Below the pieces are notes generated by a model. That model had not been told where the DNA came from and made no database searches. It worked only from the letters and a program-made list of their open reading frames with translations. From the human T2T-CHM13v2.0 reference genome, Homo sapiens, in NCBI RefSeq assembly GCF_009914755.1, contig NC_060938.1: 64,000 nt of DNA; one strand, written 5' to 3'. Positions 1 to 58,699 of the stretch are shown here, in pieces. The stretch's first letter is position 1, and each line of letters opens with the position of its first letter. The position numbers were made by a program, and so were the translations under genes.

Positions 1-383
1 CTCCCCAGTGCTATTCCCACTCCTCCAGATGCTCCAAATATCATGCACAAATGAGCAGGGCCGTGGCGGGAGTGGGTGCAGTGCGCTGCTGCCGCCGAGG
101 TGTTGTGCATGATGTTTGGACGCTAGACTAGTTGCATCTGACGGGAGAAGTTTGTATTGTACCAGCGCATGCCTTGGAAAGACTTAAGTAATGCAAAAGA
201 TTGTCCTTTTTTTTCTTTTAATCTACTGACAAGTTGCTCTAGCAACCCAAAGAAGTGAAGAGAAAGAAGCTGCCTCACCGCCCAGACATTGATTTGTTCA
301 GATGTTTCAATGCCTCATGATACAATAAAACCACAACATCTTCCTAAAATAAAAAATAATAAAAATAAATAATTAAAATAAAA
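1..383 (+). pseudogene. NUTF2P2: 3' end (3'UTR and decayed poly(A) tail) of a NUTF2 processed pseudogene, probably NUTF2P2; the coding part lies upstream of the window
   Basis: Matches my recollection of the NUTF2 mRNA 3'UTR (ctccagatgctccaaatatcatgcacaaatgagcaggg...gcctcatgatacaataaaaccac). AATAAA at 324-329 is followed by an A-rich tail at about 347-383. Confidence 0.75.
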
Positions 384-1784
384 ATATGAGCACTTTAAAC
401 AGGCCAAACAATACTATATATTATTTTTGGATACATATACAAAAATAGTATGTATAGATGCATGGGTAACCAAAGCACATGGTAACCAAAAACAGGATAC
501 TAGTTACTCTGGAAAGGGAAGGAGAGAATTAGGATTGAGAAGCATCGGAAGCAAATGTAAAATGCTAACATTTGACAGAGCTGAGAGGTAGGTACTGTGT
601 TACATATGCAATGTTCTGAATACCTTTCTCTGTGTTTAAATATTTATGACTTAAAATATTACACAAAACAGAATAGAAAAAAAGTATACCCCAAAGAAGA
701 TAGGGGAGGAAAACTAGAAGCAAAATGCCAAAATTACTATATGTCTACTTTGTACCAGAGCAAACCCAGCAGGAGACGGAGTGCTATGGGATTATCTACC
801 AAGAATTATGATAGGCATGTTATTGGAGAGAATGACACTGAGCCAGGAGCTAAATTCTTCAAAACGTGAGAGGGAGTGACCCTGGGTTATATAGATGACA
901 CCCACATATATACTGTGTGGTATATCCTGATGACAAACTGGCAGATTTTAGGGAAGAGGGAAGCAGGAGCCTCTGGATGGAAGAAGGAGAACGAGGAGCA
1001 TACCTACTCCATGACAAGGCTCAGGAGGAGGAGGAGGGTACAAAGGAAGCAAGGTCCTAAGGGAGAGCCATATTTCCTTTAGAACAAGAATGTTGAGGGA
1101 ACAGTTCAGGGAAGAGAATGAAGATATAGGAGATTTTGATGATGACTAGCTATGAGTTTCAGAGCTCTACAAATATGTAAATATGAATGGATTAATAAAA
1201 AGTGAGACTTAAAATATATCTAATGTTTATATAGGCCCTATGCAAAATGTAAAGTGCTACATAAATGTAAGGCATCCTGGACCTCCCAACTGCATAATAA
1301 TAATATAATAATAATAATCATTATTACCCTTTTAACTGCCTTGATTAAGGAAACTTCATTCTGCTTCCATGACTTTATTTTGTATTTTCTAAATCAACAA
1401 AATTATTTTTTAGCCTTATTAACTTTTCCCTATTATGGTTCTTCTCACATTCCCTACGCATCTTTTCTAAAATCTGTTTGAGAGGAGGTGAGAGAAACTC
1501 TTGCCTTAGGCAAAATACTCTCATGCAACTCTAATTGCATAATCTCCTATTATTCTGTCTGCCTTAAAATTAAACTTAATGATGACAGGAATTTTAGAGC
1601 TGGAAGAGAATTTAAAGTTAACACACTGCAAACTTCTTATTTTACAACGGATCAGAGATTATGTGGTTTGCCAAATTTTATCAGTTGGTTACTAGGAGAA
1701 CAAGGCTAGAACCCATGCCTCCTCCTTTCCACCTTTCCTGTTTTTCCTGGAACAGCAGAAACAGAAAGCAACCACTAGAGGCGC

Positions 1785-2015
1785 ACTGTATGCCAGTGGT
1801 TGCACACAGATTTTTATGTCAGACTACCCAAGTTCAAATCTTAGATCTGTTACGTAGTAGCTATGTGACTTTGGCCAAGTACTCTAACTGCTCTGTGCCT
1901 CGGTTTTTTCATCTATAAAATGGAGGGCATAATAGTATCGACTTCATAGGATTGTTATGAGGATTCAGTGAATTAATGTACTTAAAGCACATAACACACT
2001 TGGCACATTGAGTGA
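1785..2015 (+). mobile_element. MIR SINE
   Basis: MIR core motif: gtgactttggccaagtactctaac...gtgcctcggttttttcatctataaaatgg...gttatgaggatt. Confidence 0.75.
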
Positions 2016-2806
2016 CCAGAAATCTAATTGTTACGATTTAGCACACACTCTGATAGCTGCTGATATTTAGAGGCCAGGGATTTTACCCACAGCTGTTTTT
2101 GTTTGATCTGAAGTTTAAAGAACACAAACAAAACAAAACAAAAAACATCACTTGAGATAATGTTTATAGTTCTAGATATTTCACATAGAGATCCAAATTT
2201 CCGGTTTCTCTTTGAAATCAGAAGGTCTGACATCGGTAGGCCAAAATTCTCAGGTAGTAACAATTGGCTGGGGCCAAATGCAGCTGCCCCCTTTAATCCG
2301 TACCACTCATGTAAAGCTTACATCTTTTAACTTGACCTGCCTGACTACTGCATGCCTTTGCACTTGCATTTCAGCTTAAGACAACCTCTGCTCTCAAGGA
2401 ACTCATAATCCAATAGGTGAGACGCATTTGCTAAACAGTTTACAATATATTGTCATAGGAACAAGTATAAACTTGCAAATTTCAAAATACAGCAGTCAAC
2501 TGAAGGAACAGGAGTGCCCTGAATGGTAGAGGTGCTGACGGTGATATGTGTTGTCTAAAAAGTGGCTTTGAAAAAGAAAAGGAGAGGAACAGGGTTGTAA
2601 AGGAAATAGAATGTGCAAAGACACTGAAATGGGAAACAGCTTGTGTGTTTAGAAACTGTAAGGAGTTCAATTTTGGACAATACTGTAAAATGAGAAAGGG
2701 AGAAGTAGGCTGACACTAAATATAATACACATCCCTTATTTTGTATTTTACTCTGTAAGAGATAGGTAGCACTTAAAAGGTTTTCTGTCATTAAATTACA
2801 AATCTA

Positions 2807-3070
2807 GGTTGGGTACAGTGGCTCACATCTGGGAATCTCAGTGCTTTTGGGAGGCTTAGGTGGACAGATTGCTTGAGACTAGAGTTCGAGACCAGCCTGG
2901 GCTAGACCCTGTCACTAAAAAAAAACGAAAATATTAGCTGGGCATGGTGGCATGTGCCTGTGGTCTCAGGTGTTTGGAAGGCTGAGGCGAGATGATCGCT
3001 TGTGCCCAGAAGTTTGAGGTTGCTATTGCACTCCAGCTTGGGCGATAGAACGAGATCTTGTCTCTAAATA
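2807..3070 (+). mobile_element. AluJ-type SINE
   Basis: Diverged dimeric Alu with an A-rich linker at about 2917-2932. Confidence 0.85.
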
Positions 3071-3165
3071 GATAGATAATTAAATAAAATTGCAAATTTA
3101 ACTGCATATTTTTGGACCTTGTCTTTGAGAATGCAATGCTATACAATCCACAATATTCTATGAAC

Positions 3166-3412
3166 TTTTTTTTTTTTCTCTTTGAGACAGGAGACAGGGT
3201 CTCACTCTGTCACCCAGGCTGGAGTGCAGTGGTGCAATGTCGGCTCACTGCAATCTTGACCTCTCAAGTTCAAGCAATTCTCTCACCTCAGCCTCTGGAG
3301 ATTGGGTTTCACCATATTGGCCAGGCTGGTCTTGAACTCCTGACCTCAAGTGATCCACTCGCCTCGGCCTCCTAAAGTGTGGGGACTACAGGCGTTAGCC
3401 ACCCTGCCGGCC
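3166..3412 (-). mobile_element. Alu, internally deleted
   Basis: Poly(T) followed by antisense Alu sequence; the linker region is missing. Confidence 0.85.
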
Positions 3413-3682
3413 TGTACTATCTTTCAATAGCAAATTGCCACTTCAAGAAGAAGAAACCCTGTCGTTATAAGGGGTAAAATATAGTTTTAAGATTGGTCTG
3501 CAAATGAAGTTTCCTTATCCGTAAAATGGGAATAACAATGGCACCTAACTCAGGGCTATTAAATTGAGAATTAAACTCACTAAACCCATGTAAAGGGCTT
3601 ACCAAGATACCTGATACAGAGGATAAATGGTCACTTAATGAGTTATGATACCTATTGAGGCTTCCTTGTCTATGTACCCTTT

Positions 3683-5377
3683 ATTTATTTATTTATTTAT
3701 TTATTTTTATTGATCATTCTTGGGTGTTTCTCGCAGAGGGGGATTTGGCAGGGTCATAGGACAATAGTGGAGGGAAGGTCAGCAGATAAACAAGTGAACA
3801 AAGGTCTCTGGTTTTCCTAGGCAGAGGACCCTGCGGCCTTCCGCAGTGTTTGTGTCCCTGGGTACCTGAGATTAGGGAGTGGTGATGACTCTTAACGAGC
3901 ATGCTGCCTTCAAGCATCTGTTTAACAAAGCACATCTTGCACCGACCTTAATCCATTTAACCCTGAGTGGACACAGCACATGTTTCAGAGAGCACAGGGT
4001 TGGGGGTAAGGTCACAGATCAACAGGATCCCAAGGCAGAAGAAGTTTTCTTAGTACAGAACAAAATGACAAGTCTCCCATGTCTACTTCTTTCTACACAG
4101 ACACGGCAACCATCCGATTTCTCAATCTTTTCCCCACCTTTCCCGCCTTTCTATTCCACAAAGCCGCCATTGTCATCCTGGCCCGTTCTCAATGAGCTGT
4201 TGGGCACACCTCCCAGACGGGGTGGTGGCCGGGCAGAGGGGCTCCTCACTTCCCAGTAGGGGCGGCCGGGCAGAGGCGCCCCTCACCTCCCGGGCGGGGC
4301 GGCTGGCCGGGCAGGGGGCTGACCCCCAACCTCCCTCCCAGAAGGGGCGGCTGGCCGGGCGGGGCGCTGACCCCCCCACCTCCCTCCCGGAAGGGGCGGC
4401 TGGCCGGGCGGGGCGCTGACCCCCCCACCTCCCTCCCGTCCGGGAGGCTGGCCTGGCGGGGGCTGACCCCCACCTCCCTCCCGGACGGGGTGGCTGCCGG
4501 GCGGAGACGCTCTTCACTTCCCAGACGGGGTGGCTGCCGGACGGAGGGGCTCCTCACTTCTCAGACGGGGCGGCTGCCGGGCGGAGGGGCTCCTCACTTC
4601 TCAGACGGGGCGGTTGCCGGGCAGAGGGTCTCCTCACTTCTCAGACGGGGTGGCCGGGCAGAGACGCTCCTCACCTCCCAGACGGGGTCGCGGCTGGGCA
4701 GAGGCGCTCCTCACATCCCAGACGGGGCGGCGGGGCAGAGGTGCTCCCCACATCCCAGACGATGGGCTGCCAGGCAGAGACGCTCCTCACTTCCTAGATG
4801 GGATGGCGGCCGGGCAGAGACGCTCCTCACTTTCCAGACTGGGCAGCCAGGTAGAGGGGCTCCTCACATCCCAGACGATGGGCGGCCAGGCAGAGACGCT
4901 CCTCACTTCCCAGACGGGGTGGCGGCCGGGCAGAGGCTGCAATCTCGGCTCTTTGGGAGGCCAAGGCAGGCGGCTGGGAGGTGGTTGTAGCGAGCCGAGA
5001 TCACGCCACTGCACTCCAGCCTGGGCACCATTGAGCACTGAGTGAACGAGACTCCGTCTGCAATCCCGGCACCTCGGGAGGTCGGGGCTGGCGGATCATT
5101 CGCGGTTAGGAGCTGGAGACCAGCCCGGCCAACACAGCGAAACCGTCTCCACCAAAAAAATACGAAAACCAGTCAGGCGTGGCGGCACGCGCCTGCAATC
5201 GCAGGCACTCGGCAGGCTGAGGCAGGAGAATCAGGCAGGGAGGTTGCAGTGAGCCGAGATGGCAGCAGTACAGTCCAGCTTCGGCTCGGCATCAGTGGGA
5301 GACCGTGGAAAGAGAGGGAGAGGGAGACCGTGGAGAGGGCGAGGGCGAGGGCGAGGGCGAGGGAGAGGGAGAGGGAG
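3683..5377 (-). mobile_element. Full-length SVA retrotransposon (SVA_D-like)
   Basis: Read on the minus strand: (CCCTCT)n/(GCCCTC)n hexamers at about 5310-5377, Alu-like region about 4940-5300, GC-rich VNTR about 4210-4930, SINE-R about 3712-4200, AATAAA at 3706-3711, then an (AAAT)n tail. A 13-bp TSD ctatgtacccttt sits at 3670-3682 and 5378-5390. Confidence 0.96.
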
Positions 5378-5959
5378 CTATGTACCCTTTTTTTGAGAAA
5401 GTACATCTGGTTAAGTATGTATTTTTCATTGAAAACTAAAGTTAAATCAGGACTGATGGCATTTTCCGACTGCATTTGGTAAAAAATAAATGCCAAAAAT
5501 ATTAGATTGAAAATGCCAAGATAAAACTTCCTTACCTTCTGTATTGTAAAAGTTTCAAGAATAATTTAAAGATTTTTGCACAACACAGAAAGTGCAAGTT
5601 ATCGTCTATAGTTAATAATTAAATAAAACAGTTTATTAATGGTAGGTAATAAAGGTGCTTAGTAAAACAGATGGTTCTCCAGTTCCCCAGGCTCAATGAG
5701 CAGGCAAAGATCCTTTTAGGCAAAAGACATTTTCACATCTAACAGTAACATCTCTGATGGTCAGGCAGGTCAAACAATCACTTGGCGGGAAATAGATAAA
5801 TACAGACTAAATTCGCACAATCTGTTTCTGTTTAGTTTATAAACTGCGATCCAGAGTGTCAGCTTTCGTGCCTTGTGGGACTTGAAGTCCAGAAGGAAGA
5901 AGTGATCAGGGCTGCCGAGGGATGGAAGCGTGCAGCCCCTGCAGGTCTGAGACCTACGA

Positions 5960-5978
5960 ACTACAACTCCCGGCAAGC
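5960..5978 (+). promoter_or_regulatory. ZNF143 (SBS) / THAP11-HCF1 composite motif
   Basis: ACTACAACTCCCGGCAAGC matches the ACTACAnnTCCCAnnATGC consensus. Confidence 0.8.
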
Positions 5979-6008
5979 ATCGGAAGGCCGCGTCGTAATT
6001 GCGGGCAA

Positions 6009-6069
6009 CCAATCGTACCAGAGCAGGGCAAGCCCCCGCCCTCTGGCTCGGTGGAAGGCCTCCGCCAAT
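6009..6069 (+). promoter_or_regulatory. Two CCAAT (NF-Y) boxes
   Basis: aaCCAATc at 6009-6013 and cgCCAATg at 6065-6069. Confidence 0.65.
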
Positions 6070-6251
6070 GGCAGAGCTCCCATCGCAGAGCCTGCGGGTT
6101 AGGTTGTGAGGCCCGGGCCGGGGGCGGGGAGGAGCCAAGGGGGCGAGCAAGCTCGGTGGCTGGGTGGGTTGGGGCGTTCCGCGCGCCCTTCATTGAAGCG
6201 GCGGTGGCCGGGCTGGGCGCCGGTAGTGGAAAGCGACGGCGCGGCTGGAAA

Positions 6252-50212
<43,961 letters not shown>

Positions 50213-51698
50213 TCATGATTTAAGTGTTATCTAAATTTACCTTATTAGTGTTACCAAATGTAAGTGCCATGAGAGTAAAAAAATGTATTCAATAACTTAA
50301 TATTCTCACTGAATCATGAGAGAATGTGTATTTGTAGGTAGTACTCTAAATAGATCTCATTGATATGTTATTAAAAGAAACAGTAATAAAAATTTTATCA
50401 CGATCCTTACGTTGATTTGCCTCTTAGGTCCGATGACCAATAGGTATTCTGTATATGGTAGGGGTTTCTTTCTAAACATTTTTCTTTGGTTTTAAAAAAA
50501 GTTATGCAAATTTGTCTTATCTTTAGTAAACTATGACTACATTTATCTGCAATTTTTAAAATTTTCCATATCTTTGTCATTCATTGTGTGTTTGTAAATA
50601 AGGCCGATAGAATGTTTCCTATAAATGGTTTGTACTAGTACATTAGTGTTAAACCAGAACTGAAATTTAAACATATATATATATGAGGATGTATATATGG
50701 CATCATCAGCTTATTTAGAACTGATGGCCATACCTTACAATCTTGTTTTACCCAAAATTAAGCTATTGGGGTTGAAAGCTAAAAGGAGCACTTTTGTAGA
50801 ATAGCAACTTTTCTTTTCCTCTTTCTTGATTGTATGGTGGGGTGGTGACCTATTTTTACAAATTATACCTAATGAGTAAAATTAGTGTAAAGTGATAACA
50901 TGCTTCTACCTGTATTTCTAGTGACCCTTTAGCGGCAGGTATTTATACCTGGTATTTATGATGCAGTATATAAGTGGTGAACAATAACTGACAGTATTGT
51001 GCTTGCTGTACATGTCTGGTCTTTTGAAACAGATTTTAGTAAGCATTTTCCAGAGGTAAAACTGTGTCCTTATTCTAATTTTATTCCTAGGGCAAAGTAG
51101 ACAGGGATTATTTCCTTGAATCTATTTCCAAATTAATATTTTTTTCTTTGGTATTTCTACACTTTAAGGCCATTTGGTGCAATTTAGAAAGTGTTGGCCT
51201 CCCTTCCGCTAGCCACATTCAAAATTAACTTCCAAAACCTCAGGAACAGTACAAAGAATTGAAACCCTCAATATGGCAGCACAGCCGGCTGTAGTGTATA
51301 TTTAGGGTACACCAAATCAGGTATTCCTGGTGGTCTTGTGCACTTTAATTTCTGTTACAATGAGTTAAGAGGATGAGGAAGAAATCTACTTATTAACACT
51401 TACTGCAGAAATGTCTGCATTATTCCGTTTGTTTTCTTATTATTTTACCTCTCCAAACATCTTCCTGTGCAGATCACTACTTCATAGTTGCCAAATTTTA
51501 AAACACTTAACTGCTGAAATTCAGTGTCAGCAAAGTGATATTACGTTGTTCTGTTTCTAATTAACCTTAGCAAATGTACATAATGTCAAAACCCAATAGT
51601 ATTTGACAGTACTTATGTATACAATGTTTGATAAGCATTTTTAATAAGATTTGTATTTTTAAATTTAGTATATAATAAAAAGATGTGTTTCAGTGTGA
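50213..51698 (+). other. BRMS1L: BRMS1L 3'UTR (about 1.5 kb)
   Basis: AT-rich sequence without recognisable repeats from the stop codon to the AATAAA at 51674; a proximal AATAAA lies at 50385-50390. Confidence 0.8.
51674..51679 (+). terminator. Main polyadenylation signal
   Basis: AATAAA with upstream UGUA motifs and a downstream GU/U-rich element (gtgtgatttgtagtgtct). Confidence 0.8.
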
Positions 51699-51932
51699 TT
51701 TGTAGTGTCTTGGATTACTTATGTGTATTTAGTTCTTTTTATAACCTATCCACTTGTAAGAAAGATTTGAATTGGTTTACGTTAATAGATATGGAGTAGG
51801 CTGGGTGCAGTGGCTCATACCTGTAACCTCAGCACTTTCTGGGGTATATTTAGATGTTCAAGACAGCTAAGTTATACTTAATTTTAAAATATATGCATAT
51901 GTGTTGTACTTTGATTAAAAGGTACTGTATAA

Positions 51933-52280
<348 letters not shown>

Positions 52281-52912
52281 TAAAACTATGATTTAGTACA
52301 TTTATTTTCAAAACTTTAGTATTTATATCTTATGTAGTATTCTACCATAATATTAAGATTCATAAAAGCATATGCTTATCTATGACTAAAATGCTATAAA
52401 ATATATTGTCTTATTGGCAGTTTGCCATTAGTTGTCTGGTCATAAAGTTTAATTTAGGAAAATTATTAGAAACTCCAAAATGTGATGTAGTGGCTGCTGC
52501 TGCTCCTGTGTTTATGATCAGCTTCTGTCTCAGGATCATTTCTTGACCTTTATTGTCACAGCTCCTAGTTTTTCATGTTCAATCCATCCCCTCCTTGCTG
52601 TTTCCCATTTTTTAAAAAGAGATACTATCTAAGTATCACTAATGCAATTCTTCAACTAATAATTATTGGCAAATAGTAATGGCACACTCCTGATTTGTCC
52701 CCTTTTTCACTGTTCATATTGGTGGGCTGGACACAGTACTTTTTTGCAGCCTTCTTCATGTAAAAGTTGTTCTGATGTATGCATTACTTGGAACACCAGT
52801 TGCAGAACCATGTATGCCTCATTAATAATTATTTAAAAAGAAGAAAAACTTCCAAAGATTCAGGAACAGTAGAAAGAATTGAACCTTTAATATGGCAGCA
52901 CAACTGGCTGTA

Positions 52913-52914
52913 TA

Positions 52915-52988
<74 letters not shown>
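52913..52988. repeat. (TG)n(TA)n microsatellite, about 32 TA units
   Basis: Seen directly in the sequence. Confidence 0.97.
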
Positions 52989-52989
<1 letters not shown>

Positions 52990-53214
52990 CATTTTTTTTC
53001 CCATGACATAGCCTCAGGAGGTCCTGAGGACATGTGCCCCATATTTAGGGTACAACCAAATCACATATTTTTGATGGTCTTGTGCACTTTAATTTCTGTT
53101 ATGATAAGAGTTAAGAAGATGAGGAAAAAATCTACTTAACACCTAGAGGAGAAGTTATCTGTTTTTTCTTTTTGTTTTTGGACCCAGTAAATCCAGTACA
53201 ATAAAACTGAACTA

Positions 53215-54000
<786 letters not shown>

Positions 54001-54181
54001 ATGAATGCTCAGAATGGGGTTAGAGAAAAATGAATGTTCCTTATGTTGTCTATGGATGAAGTACAAGAGTTGTGGCTGGTGTGTCAGTTAGGGTTTAACA
54101 GGGATAGTTCCCTACTGGTCATTGTGGGCCAAAGTCTTGCTTTTTATTTCATAGGTACAGAAACTTGAACTTTATATGATC

Positions 54182-54750
<569 letters not shown>

Positions 54751-56072
54751 GATGCCCCAAAGTGACAATTCTGGAAACATTAGACTGGTCAATTTACAGC
54801 GGATTAAAGTGTACACCAAGTGTCAGTTTAATAATTTACATTGGGATTACATTGGGATTATTTACTGGGATTCCAGGCGTGAGCCACTGCACTTGGCCCA
54901 AAATTTATAGGCTGGATGTTCTAAAACTGTTATGTTGCTACTCTTTCTGAAAAATATATCTGTTTAGTGGTAGAAGGCTAAAATTTCTTTGCTGTTTAAC
55001 TTGAAGCTAATTTGTTCTCTTTCAAGACACATTTTATTAAAGGAAAGTGAAGAGAAGAAGTTATGTAGTAACAGTCTTTAGAGTCTATTTTTTTTCTTCC
55101 TTTTCTGTTTTCCCATTTTTTAATACAGGTTTGAGGTGGTGACCTTGCCAGAAGACTGTTGCATTCTCTTGAGAGAATTATCATAATTCTAGTTCAGAAG
55201 CAGGCCACGTGGTCACATTTTATCTCTGCTAGTAAAGGTTACAGAATGATGTTAAACTGCTGAGAAAACCAGACCCTTAAGCAGAGGCTAAATGACATCG
55301 GCTGTTAGAGGGATGTTGAAATAAGTATCATATTTCATTTATTATTGAAAGATTTTGAAAATGGCATTGTTAATAGCAGAGATAGTAAAGTGCTTGAACT
55401 TGTTTGAAGTTAAATGCATGATTTCAGTGTATTATGTTTAGGTACACCTATGGTTAATTGCACTTATTAAGGAAGACTTTTTTTTTTAAGACTTGAGCTA
55501 CTGTTTAGATGATTCATTGACTAGTAGTTTTTGATTTGAACCTTACACTCCATGGTGTTAACTTATATTTTATAAATGTATTCATATATGTACATATAAT
55601 AACAGATTATCCACTACACAAGGGCCAACTTGCTTTGGGTCTTTCCTGCACACATTTGAGCTATACTGTCTCTCAGGCCTAAATGCTCTATTGGGCATCT
55701 TGGGTTTCTCATAGAGAGGGGAGCCCAAGGGTGTGCACTCGCCCTTACCTTCCTTTAGAGCTTTTCTTTCCCTCCTCCCCTGTGCACCTGCCCAAGGAAA
55801 TTCTCAGTACAGGTCATGGCTCATGCCCACTCTGTGCAAGGCTGCCAAGGGGTGAGACTCAAGAAGGTGAGGCTGCTGCCTGCCTGGTGCCTTCTGTGAC
55901 CTCTCCTGGGTCTCTGGATTTGCTCTTTTTGTACCTCTATTCTGAAGATTTTAAAAGATTCTGTAAGATTCTATGTTTTATATTGGTTGTTTTTCTGCCG
56001 GGTAAGTAGAAAAGGGTACAGCAGGCCTATTATTTACACTAAAGGAACACTACATGTATTCTCCTATACCTC

Positions 56073-56433
56073 TGATATGGTTTGGCTGTATCCCCACCCA
56101 AATCTCATCTTGAATTAATTTTCTTGTGTCGTGGGAGGAATCTGGTGGGAAGTGATTGAATTATGGGGGAGGGTGTTTACTATGCTATTCTTGTGATAGT
56201 GAATGAGTCTTACGAGATCTGATGGTTTTAAAAACGAGAGTTCCCCTGCACAAGCTCTCTCTTTTTGCCTGCCGCCATCCACGTAAGATGTGACTTGCTC
56301 CTCTTTGCCTTCAGCCATGATTGTGAGGCCTCCCCAGCCATGTGGAACTGTAAGTCCTTAAACCCCTTTTTCCTGTATAAATTACCCAGTCTTGGGTATG
56401 TCTTTACCAGCAGCATGAAAATGAACTAATGTA
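56073..56433 (+). mobile_element. THE1 solo LTR (MaLR)
   Basis: tgatatggtttggctgtatccccacccaaatctcatcttgaatt...cagcagcatgaaaatgaactaat. Confidence 0.9.
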
Positions 56434-57289
56434 ATTTCTCTTTTTATTTCTTTTTAAACATATGTTGTTGGTTTTTTTTTTTCTTTTCCCCCCCATCACT
56501 GAATATTTCTAGTGCATGTTGATGATCTTTCCATAGAAGTTCCCAGAGATCTACTTTGTTCTTGTTAATGACCACATGGTATTTATTTTTATGGAATAAC
56601 CACATAGAATTCTATGGTGTGGAATGCCAGCACAATACTAATGAACATTGAGGTTGCTGTTTTCCTTCCGTCTTTCCTCCCTCCTTCCCTTTCTTCCTTC
56701 TTATTAAACAAGGCTGCAGTGAACACTCTTATACATATATCTTTGATGCTAGGAAAGAGTATATTTGTAGCATAAATTTCCAGTAGAATTGCTGGGTCAA
56801 AAAATGGTAGGGAAAATTTGTATTTTATTAGATATTGCCAAACTTCCCTGCAAACAAATTGTACCAATTTGTGCTCCTACTAACAGCATATGATGATGCC
56901 TATTTCTCCTAATCATCAGAAACACTGGGTTAGTTAATTTCTAGGTCATTATTGAAGATCATTCTTCTACCTTCTCTTTGTTTTTCTCTGGGCTGCATGT
57001 TAGGCCATCATTCTACTCCTTTTAGAAGATTTCATTCACTCATTGGCTTCAGCTACCATTTAGGTCCTAACAAATTCTAAATTTAAGCCTCTACCCTTAC
57101 CCGAGTTATATATTCAAGTTGCCCATTGGGCATTTCCATCTGTTACTCTTAACACATTTACAACTTAATATAAAGAAAACCAAATATTATCTCCTGTGCA
57201 CATTCCTCTCCCAGTCTGGAATGTACTCTATTTGTGCTTCCACCCTTGATACACACAATGACTCACATAAATTCAGACCTTGGAGAGGT

Positions 57290-57830
<541 letters not shown>

Positions 57831-58699
57831 AAGGGCTGTTGATGAATTTGACTTCTCCTCACATCTGTGGAATTAGCTAGTCCTGTAGATTCTAACTCTG
57901 AAACATTTCTAACTGAAAGCATTCTCTTTTCTCTATTCCCACTGGTGCTGCCCTAGTTCAAGCCTCTGGTATATTTTACTGAAATAATTGTGATGGCCTA
58001 ACTGGGTCTCTCTCTTTTTATTTTATTTTAATTTTTCTCTTTATAGCAAATATTACATTTCTAGAACCCAGAACTGATTTTTTTTTCCTCCCAGCTTTAA
58101 ATCTTTTTTTCAAATCTTTTGCTTACCCAGAACTTCAATTCTACTTTTTCCAGGAAATGCTTCTTCCCTGATCTGACTGTGTGGTTCTAATGAGAACACC
58201 TCTTTCTCTAATACTGCACAATTCTTGGTCCTAGTTGAGTGCACTAGGTGAACGTGTAACTCAGCCTGCCCCAATTAAAACCCTTCTCTTGGATCTCTTA
58301 AACTATAACTGCAGGAAAAAGTATCAGTCTCCCTCTTATGTTGGAACTGGGACAATAAAGTTTGGAAATTATAGGCAATGACATTTCCTGCCCTGTGGAG
58401 ACAGCTGAGGAGATGAGAGGTGGATGGGGAGTTTCTTGGCATTTAGCCTCGTGCTATGAGCTGACTCATAGTCCATCTGCACTCCGGTCTTCCTTGTGTT
58501 ATGTGGGTCTTCTAATAAATTCCCCTTTTTCCAAACGATTTTGAGCTGGATTTCACACCCTTGCAACATTTATGATGCATCCTTAGAGCTTCATATTCTG
58601 TTGATATCCACTTTGAAAATCATCACAAACTTTTATAATTTCAGCACAAAGTCAAGGAATTAAAAAAAAAAGGTATTCATGGAATTACAAATATATGCA

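Noticed and set aside
4210-4930. Array of near-identical GC-rich units resembling a CRISPR-like repeat
   Set aside because: It is the SVA VNTR: there are no unique spacers and the context is eukaryotic
3714-5496. Many overlapping 70-170-aa ORFs
   Set aside because: They are translations of the SVA SINE-R, VNTR and Alu-like regions
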